Of a stretch of 48,382 bases of DNA, positions 36,364 to 45,277 are shown in pieces. The notes beneath the pieces were generated by a model that was given only the letters and a program-made list of their open reading frames with translations, was not told where the DNA came from and searched no databases. The stretch is from Thermoplasmata archaeon. GTDB lineage: Archaea > Thermoplasmatota > Thermoplasmata > Halarchaeoplasmatales > Halarchaeoplasmataceae. The position numbers and the translations under genes were made by a program. Each line of letters opens with the position of its first letter. The first letter of the stretch is position 1. The stretch lies in the NCBI GenBank assembly GCA_003553085.1, contig PUPH01000117.1, positions 1 to 48,382 of the forward strand. The letters are read 5' to 3'.

Positions 36364-37327
36364 ACTTCTATTCGAATTAGTCGGGCCCGATTATGGTCTA
36401 GCGGAGGCAGAAGTTAAGGCGGTGATCGAGGGTAGTGGATACCAGTGGGATGAGGTCGCTTGCTCCACAGGTGTATCGGTATTAAAAACCGACTGTCCAG
36501 TAGATCTTATCGGAGCTAAGGCAGGACTTACACATCGGATATTTGAGCATTTTCATACCGGGAATCAGAAGGATATACTCCAAGATGAACTCGAGATCGA
36601 TCTGCCTGATGGAACCGCTAAAGTTGAAACACGCAGAGTGGGCGGGGTCCCTGGTGATACTCAAAGGATCAAGAGCGAACTCGGAGATAGGATAGACAAT
36701 CCCATCGACCTGGAGGACCCTGACAACATCTTAGCTGTGTTGATATCTGACAGATGTCATGTCGGCAGGCTGATCCATAGGACTGATAAGGGTGAATTTC
36801 GCAGTAGGGAAGTAAAGTATAGACCGTACTTTTCACCGGTATCTCTCCAGCCAAGATACGCCCGTGCACTGGTCAATCTAACGAGAGCTACCAAGGATCT
36901 GCACGATCCATTCTGTGGAACCGGCGGTATCCTACTGGAAGCACTGATGATCGGACTGCAGGCGACCGGTGGAGATATAGATCCAGAGATGATCAGAGGG
37001 TGCAGACTCAATCTTAAAAAATACGGGTTCCATGCCCAGGTGAAGGTAGGTGATGTTGAAGAGACTATCCCTAAGCATGTGGAAAGCATCGCAACGGATC
37101 CACCCTACGGCAGAGCGGCATCCACATCCGGCGAAGAGATGGATACCCTTTATAAAAGGTTCTTCGATACCGCCGAACATCGGTTGAAAAAGGGAGGACG
37201 TCTTGCAGTTATACTTCCAGATATGAAGTATGTTAAAATGGTCGAAAACCTAGAGTTGACTGAATCGTACATAACCAGAGTACACTCCTCTTTGAAAAGG
37301 CACTACCTGGTATTCAAAAAAATTTAG
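36356..37327 (+). CDS. THUMP plus methyltransferase, tRNA m2G10/m2,2G10 (Trm11/TrmG10-like)
   Basis: RPYFSPVSLQPRYARALVNL, DPFCGTGGIL, TDPPYGR, RVHSSL.R. Confidence 0.9.
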   Translation: MAELLFELVGPDYGLAEAEVKAVIEGSGYQWDEVACSTGVSVLKTDCPVDLIGAKAGLTHRIFEHFHTGNQKDILQDELEIDLPDGTAKVETRRVGGVPGDTQRIKSELGDRIDNPIDLEDPDNILAVLISDRCHVGRLIHRTDKGEFRSREVKYRPYFSPVSLQPRYARALVNLTRATKDLHDPFCGTGGILLEALMIGLQATGGDIDPEMIRGCRLNLKKYGFHAQVKVGDVEETIPKHVESIATDPPYGRAASTSGEEMDTLYKRFFDTAEHRLKKGGRLAVILPDMKYVKMVENLELTESYITRVHSSLKRHYLVFKKI

Positions 37328-39141
37328 AGTTTCACGCCGACTAACTCTATTTCTTCTATCTCTCCGGTACCTATAGACTCCACTAACACATCGACGTATA
37401 TCGGTGTGAAGCCGGATGATGTCCAGTCTTGGTTGTACAGTTCAACATCGATCGTCTCCCGGGTACCGGCTGAAACATTCACCTGTATATCGGGGGATGT
37501 GATATCATCGAATGTGTAACTTACATGCCAGTCTTCTAGTGAGATCTGTTGCGTACTTATCCTATACATATCGGGATGGCCGTGGTTTGTGATATCTATC
37601 TGGAAGATGGATCTGCCGTCCACGATCTCCCTGACCCTTTCACCTCTTACATCTACCTCGAACGAATGGATCAATCCGACTGTGAATTCAAGGGTTTTCT
37701 CTTCACCACTGTTGTCGGAAACCACTTTGAGTTCGATGTCGGTCCTTGGTTGGGCATGTTCCTCGGGCCAGACCTCGAGCATGAATGTGACGTTCTCACC
37801 GGGAGATAATTCTCTAGTAGTATGATTTGCTCCAACGATACCGTCATCGGTTTCGTTTATAAATCTCATGCTTACGGACCAAGCGGTTGAATTAGTGTAC
37901 ATGTAACTGATATTGTACTCATCATCTGAAGGCTCACCGGTGTTCTCTAACTGTACTAAAAACTCCGCACTCTCGTTCACCGCAAGCATACGCTCGGGGT
38001 CACCTTCTATGAGTTCGAAAGAGAAATCATGACGGTATGTCACCTGATCTATGGGAATGGGATGGAAGCAGGTGAACAACAGTATGATGGCAACGACACC
38101 TACACCTTTACGCTTGAGGTCCAAAGAGCTCAGGTCGTTAAGAGGTGGTGGGTGCTTAAGGCCGACAAGGAAAAATATGAAAAGCGCGAACATGAGCCAT
38201 CCAGGATACCATACGAGTCCTACGATCACGAGGAATGCCGCTGCACCGTAACTAGCGTATTTGGCATTCTCACCAAAAAGAGCTCGGGTTATGTGTCCAC
38301 CGTCCAGCTGACCGGCAGGTAACAGATTCAGACCTGTGACCAGGAACCCGATCCAACCGGCAAAGGCCGTTGGATGTAGAACCGCATCGGCAGGGAATGG
38401 GACGAAATAAGATATAGCTTGAAGGATCAGAGGGAAATTTATCGCCATGAAAGTTCCTTCGACTTCCGTAGGTATCGGCCTACCCATGACCGTACCAAGA
38501 TATATCCCGATTATGGATACGGGAACGGCGACTATGAATCCCGCGATGGGACCGGCTACACCCAGGTCCAAAAGTGATTTCTTATCTGGGATGGGTTCTC
38601 TGATACTTATGAAAGCACCGATGGTACCTAAAGGTGGTATGAAAGGTATAAAGAATGGGAGTGATGCTTTGATACCATGGTGCCTCGCGAGCATATAATG
38701 GCCCATCTCATGAACACCTAATATTGTCATCAACGGGAGGGTGAAATATAGTCCTCCGTTGAGTAGGTTGTGTAGTGAAAAGAAACCACCATTGGGGTCG
38801 TAGGATGACCACCACCACATGCCAGCAAATAGAGTCGTGCAGATGGTCAATATCAGCATCACCACGTTGGTCTTTACCGAACGATAATTCTGTTCGGGTT
38901 GACTTTTGACGCTGATGATGAATTCACCCTGTTTCTCCCTTAGATGTGGGATATAATTTTGAGGGACCAGTTCCCTTCTCAGGTCGTCGAATGGTTTTTC
39001 TACATCCTGAGCGGATGATACCCTCACATAGAGGTTGACTATATCGAATTCAACTTCCGTGCGATATATGGGGAAGTACTTCCCAACAACACTTTGAACG
39101 TATTCTATCTCGTTCCTTTGATCCTCAGGGCGAACTACCAT
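37324..39141 (-). CDS. Site-2 (M50) intramembrane metalloprotease with C-terminal extracytoplasmic Ig-like domains
   Basis: HEMGH, GTIGAFI, AGPIAG, NLLPAGQLDGGH; two 'NTG/NHG..D.Y.I' beta-sandwich repeats. Confidence 0.9.
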   Translation of the reverse strand: MVVRPEDQRNEIEYVQSVVGKYFPIYRTEVEFDIVNLYVRVSSAQDVEKPFDDLRRELVPQNYIPHLREKQGEFIISVKSQPEQNYRSVKTNVVMLILTICTTLFAGMWWWSSYDPNGGFFSLHNLLNGGLYFTLPLMTILGVHEMGHYMLARHHGIKASLPFFIPFIPPLGTIGAFISIREPIPDKKSLLDLGVAGPIAGFIVAVPVSIIGIYLGTVMGRPIPTEVEGTFMAINFPLILQAISYFVPFPADAVLHPTAFAGWIGFLVTGLNLLPAGQLDGGHITRALFGENAKYASYGAAAFLVIVGLVWYPGWLMFALFIFFLVGLKHPPPLNDLSSLDLKRKGVGVVAIILLFTCFHPIPIDQVTYRHDFSFELIEGDPERMLAVNESAEFLVQLENTGEPSDDEYNISYMYTNSTAWSVSMRFINETDDGIVGANHTTRELSPGENVTFMLEVWPEEHAQPRTDIELKVVSDNSGEEKTLEFTVGLIHSFEVDVRGERVREIVDGRSIFQIDITNHGHPDMYRISTQQISLEDWHVSYTFDDITSPDIQVNVSAGTRETIDVELYNQDWTSSGFTPIYVDVLVESIGTGEIEEIELVGVKL

Positions 39142-39230
39142 TTCATTACAGTTTAGAATCAACGTTCTAATAAGTGTTGTGGAATCTGATGACGAAAATG
39201 TTATTTTACATGAACTTATGGAGCGACTTC

Positions 39231-39701
39231 ATGAGGGCACTTCACAGAGACGAGAAAGGAGATATACCTGGTCTGCCGCTGGAGATCGCCGTTATAGCAC
39301 TTGTCATGGCGGTGGTCATACCCACGGTATGGTCTATATCTGGTCACTATCGTGAAGAGCAATTCGAAGAACTGCTTAGGGATGAACTCAGTAGATTCAA
39401 AAGGGCGGCTGGAGAGGTGCACAGCTCAGATCCAGGGAACATCAGAGCGGTCTCTATAGATCTTCCCAGAGAAGCTCTGTCAAAGATAGATTACGTTCGG
39501 TGCGGGGGAGACATGCCCCAGTTGATACGATATCGATTTGCTGGTAATAACGAGATGACATTTCATCTGGGAGGACCTGTTGTGAGCAATCTGACCGCTG
39601 ATGGATATACATCATTGGACCTCCCTGTGGACGGTAGTGTTATGCTATTGAGACGCTCTCGCCATGTACCGGATACCGTTGAGTTGATGATTAAGAGGTG
39701 A
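39231..39701 (+). CDS. Pilin-like protein with class III signal peptide
   Basis: MRALHRDEKG|DIPGLPLEIAVIALVMAVVIP. Confidence 0.7.
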   Translation: MRALHRDEKGDIPGLPLEIAVIALVMAVVIPTVWSISGHYREEQFEELLRDELSRFKRAAGEVHSSDPGNIRAVSIDLPREALSKIDYVRCGGDMPQLIRYRFAGNNEMTFHLGGPVVSNLTADGYTSLDLPVDGSVMLLRRSRHVPDTVELMIKR

Positions 39702-39703
39702 TC

Positions 39704-40210
39704 ATGATCCGAAGGATAACGAGAGACAACCGAGGTATGATCGAACTGCCCTTCAAACTGCTGCTCATGTGCTGTTTATTGGCCCTTCTGATACCCACCA
39801 CAGCATTGAGCTACAGGCATGTATCCCGGATAAGACTGGAGGACTCCGTCGAGGAGATCATCGAAGATATCTTATCCAAAGCCAGCAGGATGGCGATCCA
39901 AGACGATCGTTCGAGGACCCTATACTCATTCGAGATAGAAGAAGGGCATATGGCCAATCTGGATTATATAAGAGTTGGAGGGAAGATAGGTGAGGGGGAC
40001 AACATGATCGAATACAGGATGGGGTGGTGGAGCAATCCAAAATATATCTATGTAGAAAATTTTGGGATTACATCGAACAGCAATAGTACTTATGAGTTAA
40101 GAAGTGGGAGGCAAGAACTGGCACTGACAAAGATAACTATTTCAGAGGAACCCATCGTTGTGATATCGGGAGCTAACCATAACGTTGATCCTGCGGATTT
40201 CCTTCAGTAA
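39704..40210 (+). CDS. Pilin-like protein with class III signal peptide
   Basis: MIRRITRDNRG|MIELPFKLLLMCCLLALLIP; GAGGTG SD. Confidence 0.7.
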   Translation: MIRRITRDNRGMIELPFKLLLMCCLLALLIPTTALSYRHVSRIRLEDSVEEIIEDILSKASRMAIQDDRSRTLYSFEIEEGHMANLDYIRVGGKIGEGDNMIEYRMGWWSNPKYIYVENFGITSNSNSTYELRSGRQELALTKITISEEPIVVISGANHNVDPADFLQ

Positions 40211-40635
40211 TCATCAAGAGTGCTTCCCTTCCAGCTCCCGCCTTTTCCTAGATGGATCACTTCCCAACCTTTCTCCTCTAAACGCTCTGAGATGAATCTG
40301 CGGTGGCACCTAGAAGGATCCTTCTCTAAACACATCATCACCGTGGGTACGTCGATGGAGAAATCTTCCAATTTGTAAAAAGCCTCTTTCCATTCTAGTG
40401 TTTTCATCTTCTCCCGATAATCCTCCACATCTAAACCGCCCAATGCCTCTAGATGTTTGTATACTATCCCTTTTTTGAATAGATTCGATTTAAGGTTATC
40501 CCCGCTGAACTCCGATCGACTAGAGTGTGGTGATGATCTTACATCTACCAGATGCCTTATACCTTTGTCCTTTAGTATGCCGATGAACTCCTCGAGCGTC
40601 TTTCCTTCATATCCCACGGTATAGATCTTTTTCAC
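40204..40635 (-). CDS. DUF488 family protein
   Basis: IYTVGYEG, LVDVRSSPHS, YKHLEALGG, MCLEKDPSRCHR. Confidence 0.88.
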   Translation of the reverse strand: MKKIYTVGYEGKTLEEFIGILKDKGIRHLVDVRSSPHSSRSEFSGDNLKSNLFKKGIVYKHLEALGGLDVEDYREKMKTLEWKEAFYKLEDFSIDVPTVMMCLEKDPSRCHRRFISERLEEKGWEVIHLGKGGSWKGSTLDDY

Positions 40636-40698
40636 GGTAGGAGTATAACGTATTGCTCATAAAAGTATTTTCATCGTGAGTTCAAAAAACCATAGAAA

Positions 40699-40750
40699 TT
40701 TTTAAATACCGTCTAGTCTATGTCCGACGTACGACATACAAAATATGTCG
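40699..40750 (+). promoter_or_regulatory. BRE/TATA promoter and putative RHH operator
   Basis: TTTTTAAATA (40699-40708); tandem GTCCGAC-GTACGAC (40722-40735); inverted repeat CGACATA-N5-TATGTCG (40732-40750). Confidence 0.6.
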
Positions 40751-40774
40751 GTTAAGGGTACAAAAGGGAAAACC

Positions 40775-41008
40775 ATGTCCGATACAGAAAAGATCACGAT
40801 AAGGCTGCCCAAAAGCTATCTTGAGCGGGTGGACTTTCTCGTGGAGATGGACGATTTCCCAAGTCGCTCCGAGGCCGTAAGGACCGCTGTCCGAGATATG
40901 CTGTATTACAGGATCGAATTGGTGGCGGATAAGGTCGAAAAGATGGTCGAACAGGAGCGAAAGATGGCCCAAGCAAAGGCGATAAAGGAAGAATACCTAA
41001 AAAGGTAA
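40775..41008 (+). CDS. Ribbon-helix-helix regulator, CdrS-like
   Basis: EKITIRLPK...VDFLVEMDDFPSRSEAVRTAVRDML. Confidence 0.85.
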   Translation: MSDTEKITIRLPKSYLERVDFLVEMDDFPSRSEAVRTAVRDMLYYRIELVADKVEKMVEQERKMAQAKAIKEEYLKR

Positions 41009-41028
41009 TCTGGGATGCAACTCTAACC

Positions 41029-41088
41029 GGCCCGAGTCCCCCTCGGGCCATTCACGATAAAATATCTCCCCACCCCCTTTCTTTTTTT
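41029..41088 (+). terminator. GC hairpin plus U-tract between convergent genes
   Basis: GGCCCGAG-TCCCC-CTCGGGCC (41029-41049); TTTCTTTTTTT (41078-41088). Confidence 0.6.
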
Positions 41089-42232
41089 ATACACCCATGG
41101 CAAGACGGAGCATGTTCCTTACACCGGGTGCCAGTCCTAAGGTGATAATCGCAAACTGTAATAGAAACTTCAATTCTGGAAGATCCTTCAATTCTTCCCT
41201 GAACCAGATATCGAGTGAATAGATCACGAAAACTACAAGAAATAGCTTCAAGGGATACATCACCAGAGACGTTCCAGTAACATCGATAGCCAATGCGGGT
41301 AGAACGTGTTTTTCAACGTAACCATAGGCACTTATCCCCCTATAAGTTGCGGAAGCGTCCATCATGTGTGCGAACACAATAAGAGGATTCAGAGATAAAA
41401 CAAAGACCTTAAGTGAAGCCACTTTCTTTGAAAATGTCCATGGGATCACCAGAAATACTGCCGAACTGATGACGGTTAGAAATAGAATTATCGGTATCTC
41501 CAAAGGTCTAGTACCTTCCAAGATCCGTAAATTATTGGAGATATAGATCAAGGTCAAAGACAGAAGGGTCATACCGTATGCACCGAACAGATATCGTTCG
41601 TCGAGTATCTTTTTTCGATGTCCTATGATATAGAATATAATCAGCAAGATAACCGTGAAGGGAAGTACGTATGCCATGTGTGGTGGATCAAGGAGTAACA
41701 GGAACAAGAGGGGAGGGGTGAGGGACAGAGCTCTTACTGCTCGTGTATCTCCTTCGTAAAGAGAGAGTTTTGCTCCGAAAACCATCGTGATTATCGCGCT
41801 TATTCCGAGTACCAAATATATCACTGGAGATATGAAGAACGGAGCCATGGAACGTGAAAAAAAACCTGCATCTTCAAGACTTCTAAGGGTACCGCCTAGT
41901 ATCACCCATGGTAGTAACGAAAAAATAAACAGTCTATCCACCTTTATCTTATACCGATGGAATATTTCAAGGATACCCAAGATCGCGATTATCAGTGAGA
42001 TTCCATACACGAGTGTGTTCACTATGTTGTAACCAGCGGAGATACCGTTGACGGTTTCATCCCTAGCATCTGCCACCACCGGACCCCAGATATATCTCCA
42101 GATGAAGTTGTCCCAAAAGATCTCTCTCCACAACAAACATCCTAGGAAAAGAGATATGGGTACTATGATTAGTGCTACTATCCAGAACGTTCGTTTGTTG
42201 TCTTTATATATCTTGGGAAGATAATCCGTCAT
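41087..42232 (-). CDS. DUF63 family multi-pass membrane protein
   Basis: GPVVADA, GYNIVNT, GGTLRSLED, AHMMDASAT, YVEKHV, LGLAPGVR. Confidence 0.85.
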   Translation of the reverse strand: MTDYLPKIYKDNKRTFWIVALIIVPISLFLGCLLWREIFWDNFIWRYIWGPVVADARDETVNGISAGYNIVNTLVYGISLIIAILGILEIFHRYKIKVDRLFIFSLLPWVILGGTLRSLEDAGFFSRSMAPFFISPVIYLVLGISAIITMVFGAKLSLYEGDTRAVRALSLTPPLLFLLLLDPPHMAYVLPFTVILLIIFYIIGHRKKILDERYLFGAYGMTLLSLTLIYISNNLRILEGTRPLEIPIILFLTVISSAVFLVIPWTFSKKVASLKVFVLSLNPLIVFAHMMDASATYRGISAYGYVEKHVLPALAIDVTGTSLVMYPLKLFLVVFVIYSLDIWFREELKDLPELKFLLQFAIITLGLAPGVRNMLRLAMGV

Positions 42233-44013
42233 TCTACAGTCACGCTCTTGGCCAGGTTCCTCGGTTTATCTATCGAACATCCCCGCTTGCGTGCAGTATG
42301 ATATGCCATCAACTGGAGCACTACATTGACCAAGATCGGTGAGAATAGAGGAGGTACAGACGGTATGACGATCATATCATCTGAGAGTTTTTCCAACTCC
42401 CTATCCTCATCACCCACAGATATGATCGGGCTACCCCTTGCTGCGATCTCTCCGATATTTCCCAACATCTTTTCGAAGGTATGGTCCTTGACAAGTATGG
42501 AAACAACAGGTGTTCGTTCGGTGAGTAAAGCGAACGGACCGTGCTTCAGTTCTCCAGCCGGATAGCCGGCCGAATGGATGTATGCTATCTCCTTCAGCTT
42601 CAATGCACCCTCCAGAGCGACCGGGTAGTTTATGTTGCGTCCCACGAAAAATATATCTTCCGCTGTGACGAGTTTATCGCATACATCTCTGATATAATCC
42701 GATTGATCCAGCAGTACTTTTACGTGTCTTGGTAATCTTCTTAGTTCATCACGGTACTCCTGAACATTCTCTCTGAGCAATCTTTTGTTATTCAGACCGA
42801 GCTCCATTGCTATGAGATAGAGCACGATGAGCTGTGTTGTGAAGGTCTTGGTAGCGGCCACACCTATCTCTGGACCGGCCTGGGTATATATGACCTCATC
42901 GACCTCCCTGGTTATGCTGCTGTTCATCACGTTGGTGATCGCCAAGGTCTTACAACCACGTTGTTTTGCCTCCCTGGCGGCGGCGATGGTATCTGCGGTT
43001 TCTCCGCTTTGGCTTATCAGTATGGTAAAAGGTGTAAGATCAGAGGGTGAAGAATACCTATATTCGGATGCAAGATCCGTGGTACATGGTATAGCTGCCA
43101 ATTCTTCGATTATGTATTTACCGACCAATGCGGCATGATAAGAGGTCCCGCATGAGATCAAACGTATATGTCTGGTATCGTAACTATTAAAATCAACATC
43201 GTCGAACTCGACTAATCGACCTAAAAGAGAATCGTGTATCGCCTTGGGTTGTTCATATATCTCCTTTAACATATAGTGCTCGTATCCACTTTTTTCAGCA
43301 TCCTCGTGGGTCCAATCTATCTCTACGGTTTCACGCTCCACCGGTACACCCTTCCGATCCCAGATACGGATCCTCGAGGGAGTCAGTTCGGCGATATCTC
43401 CATCCTCCAGATATTTTACCTCGTTGGTGTGATCGAGTATCGCTGGGATGTCTGATGCAACCAGGTTTTCCTCCACACCGATACCTATGACTAAGGGGCT
43501 CTGATTTCTAGCGACGACGATCCGGTCTGAGTCTCTTTGTACAGCGCACACCGCGTATGAACCACGCAGTTTTTTAATCACTTCGCCCATTGTTTGTAAA
43601 AGATTTCCTTCGTGATATTCCTCGATAAGATGAACTAATATCTCACTATCGGTCTCCGAGGAAAACTCATGACCTTTCTCTATGAGTTCTTCTTTTATAG
43701 TTATAAAATTGTCTATGATCCCATTATGAACTATGGCAAATTCTCCACTGCAGCCTTTGAAAGGATGGGCGTTTTCATCCGATGGTTTACCATGTGTGGC
43801 CCATCGTGTGTGCCCGATACCCGTGTTGCCGCTTGGTATTGTGATCGGTTCCAGATCCTTGATCATACCCTTCTTTTTCTGAAGGTAGATGCCGTCGTTT
43901 TGTACTACCGCAACACCTGCAGAATCATAACCTCGATATTCAAGACGCTTCAGGCCCTTCAACAACACTTTGCCGACGCCGCTTTTTCCAGTATAACCAA
44001 CGATTCCACACAT
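42229..44013 (-). CDS. glmS: Glutamine-fructose-6-phosphate aminotransferase
   Basis: MCGIVG, LEYRGYDSAG, GHTRWATHG, SQSGETADT, ELKHGP, PRNLAKSVTVE. Confidence 0.98.
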   Translation of the reverse strand: MCGIVGYTGKSGVGKVLLKGLKRLEYRGYDSAGVAVVQNDGIYLQKKKGMIKDLEPITIPSGNTGIGHTRWATHGKPSDENAHPFKGCSGEFAIVHNGIIDNFITIKEELIEKGHEFSSETDSEILVHLIEEYHEGNLLQTMGEVIKKLRGSYAVCAVQRDSDRIVVARNQSPLVIGIGVEENLVASDIPAILDHTNEVKYLEDGDIAELTPSRIRIWDRKGVPVERETVEIDWTHEDAEKSGYEHYMLKEIYEQPKAIHDSLLGRLVEFDDVDFNSYDTRHIRLISCGTSYHAALVGKYIIEELAAIPCTTDLASEYRYSSPSDLTPFTILISQSGETADTIAAAREAKQRGCKTLAITNVMNSSITREVDEVIYTQAGPEIGVAATKTFTTQLIVLYLIAMELGLNNKRLLRENVQEYRDELRRLPRHVKVLLDQSDYIRDVCDKLVTAEDIFFVGRNINYPVALEGALKLKEIAYIHSAGYPAGELKHGPFALLTERTPVVSILVKDHTFEKMLGNIGEIAARGSPIISVGDEDRELEKLSDDMIVIPSVPPLFSPILVNVVLQLMAYHTARKRGCSIDKPRNLAKSVTVE

Positions 44014-44024
44014 TTGAACACACC

Positions 44025-45215
44025 TCAGAGCACCGTACTACCGGGAGGACATCTTTCTCTAAGAACGACACCGCCGCGGATATCACAGTCTTCACCGACT
44101 ACCACCCCGGGATAGACGGTAACGCCGCTTCCGATCAAAGTGTCCTCAGCTATCATACATCCTATCTTTTCAACCATCTCAAAACCGTCTTCCACCTTCA
44201 TATCCACCGCATCGGCGTGAGAAGAGAATCCTGCACCGATGTTGACGCCCTCGCCTATGACAGAAGAGTCGATCATTGAATTGGGCCCGATGTTTACACC
44301 ACTCATTACTATTGAATTCTGCACCATGGTGAACGGTGATATTCGGCAGTCGTCCCCTATACTGGTTGAGGGTAATATGCAGGCCTGGGGTCCTATCTCA
44401 CATCCTTCACCTATTACCGCTGGCCCTTCTATGTGTGTACCCCCTTTGATGACGGTGCCTTCACCGATCTTGACATCACCTTTGATGCTCACACCCTCCT
44501 CGATGATCCCAAGGGATGAAGTACCTATGTCGGTCAAAGCTGCGGAGTTCAGTGATAGAAGGTCCCATGGATAAACGGCGTCCATCCACATGAAATCGGT
44601 GGATATTCCGTGCAGAGGTGCGTCTTCTTTTAGATCGTCCATCACTGAAGTGAGGTCGTAAACGTTATCCATCATCAAGTCATGGATCCTTGGGAAAATA
44701 TCCGTATCCAAAGAGTAGATGCCCGTGGATATCAGATGACTCTCACTCTCAGCAGGTTTTTCCTCTATCTTTTTAACCAAGCCGTTGAGCATAGTAACAA
44801 CGCCGTACTTGGAGGGCTCCTCGTTTTTTGTTATAAGTATCGAGTAACCATGACGTTCGCTTAAGAAATAGTCGATAGTTTCCCTATGGATCAGGTTATC
44901 ACCGGGCAAAACTAAAAATTCACCATCCATTATATCCTTTGTTTGGTAAAGTGCGTGGGCGGTTCCCACCTGCTTCGGCTGTACCACATACTCAATATCG
45001 GCTCCCATGTCCTCTCCATTACCAAAGTACGACATTATCCGCTGTTTGTGATAGCCGACTACCATCACGATATCAGTTACATCACTATCGACCAGTGCTT
45101 CTACGACATGATGCAGTATCGGTTTGTTAGCGACCGGTATCATCACCTTGGGTTCCGAAGATGTGAACGGCCTCAATCGAGTACCCTCTCCTGCCGCAAG
45201 TATTACTGCTTTCAT
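44025..45215 (-). CDS. glmU: Bifunctional sugar-1-phosphate nucleotidylyltransferase/acetyltransferase (archaeal GlmU-like)
   Basis: LAAGEGTRLRPFT, GTAHAL, YPWDLL, C-terminal hexapeptide repeats; next to glmS. Confidence 0.85.
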   Translation of the reverse strand: MKAVILAAGEGTRLRPFTSSEPKVMIPVANKPILHHVVEALVDSDVTDIVMVVGYHKQRIMSYFGNGEDMGADIEYVVQPKQVGTAHALYQTKDIMDGEFLVLPGDNLIHRETIDYFLSERHGYSILITKNEEPSKYGVVTMLNGLVKKIEEKPAESESHLISTGIYSLDTDIFPRIHDLMMDNVYDLTSVMDDLKEDAPLHGISTDFMWMDAVYPWDLLSLNSAALTDIGTSSLGIIEEGVSIKGDVKIGEGTVIKGGTHIEGPAVIGEGCEIGPQACILPSTSIGDDCRISPFTMVQNSIVMSGVNIGPNSMIDSSVIGEGVNIGAGFSSHADAVDMKVEDGFEMVEKIGCMIAEDTLIGSGVTVYPGVVVGEDCDIRGGVVLRERCPPGSTVL

Positions 45216-45277
45216 GCAACTTCAATTTGTTGCAGAGGATATAAGGATTTTGTTCAAAGGAACGAACGTGAAAACCT

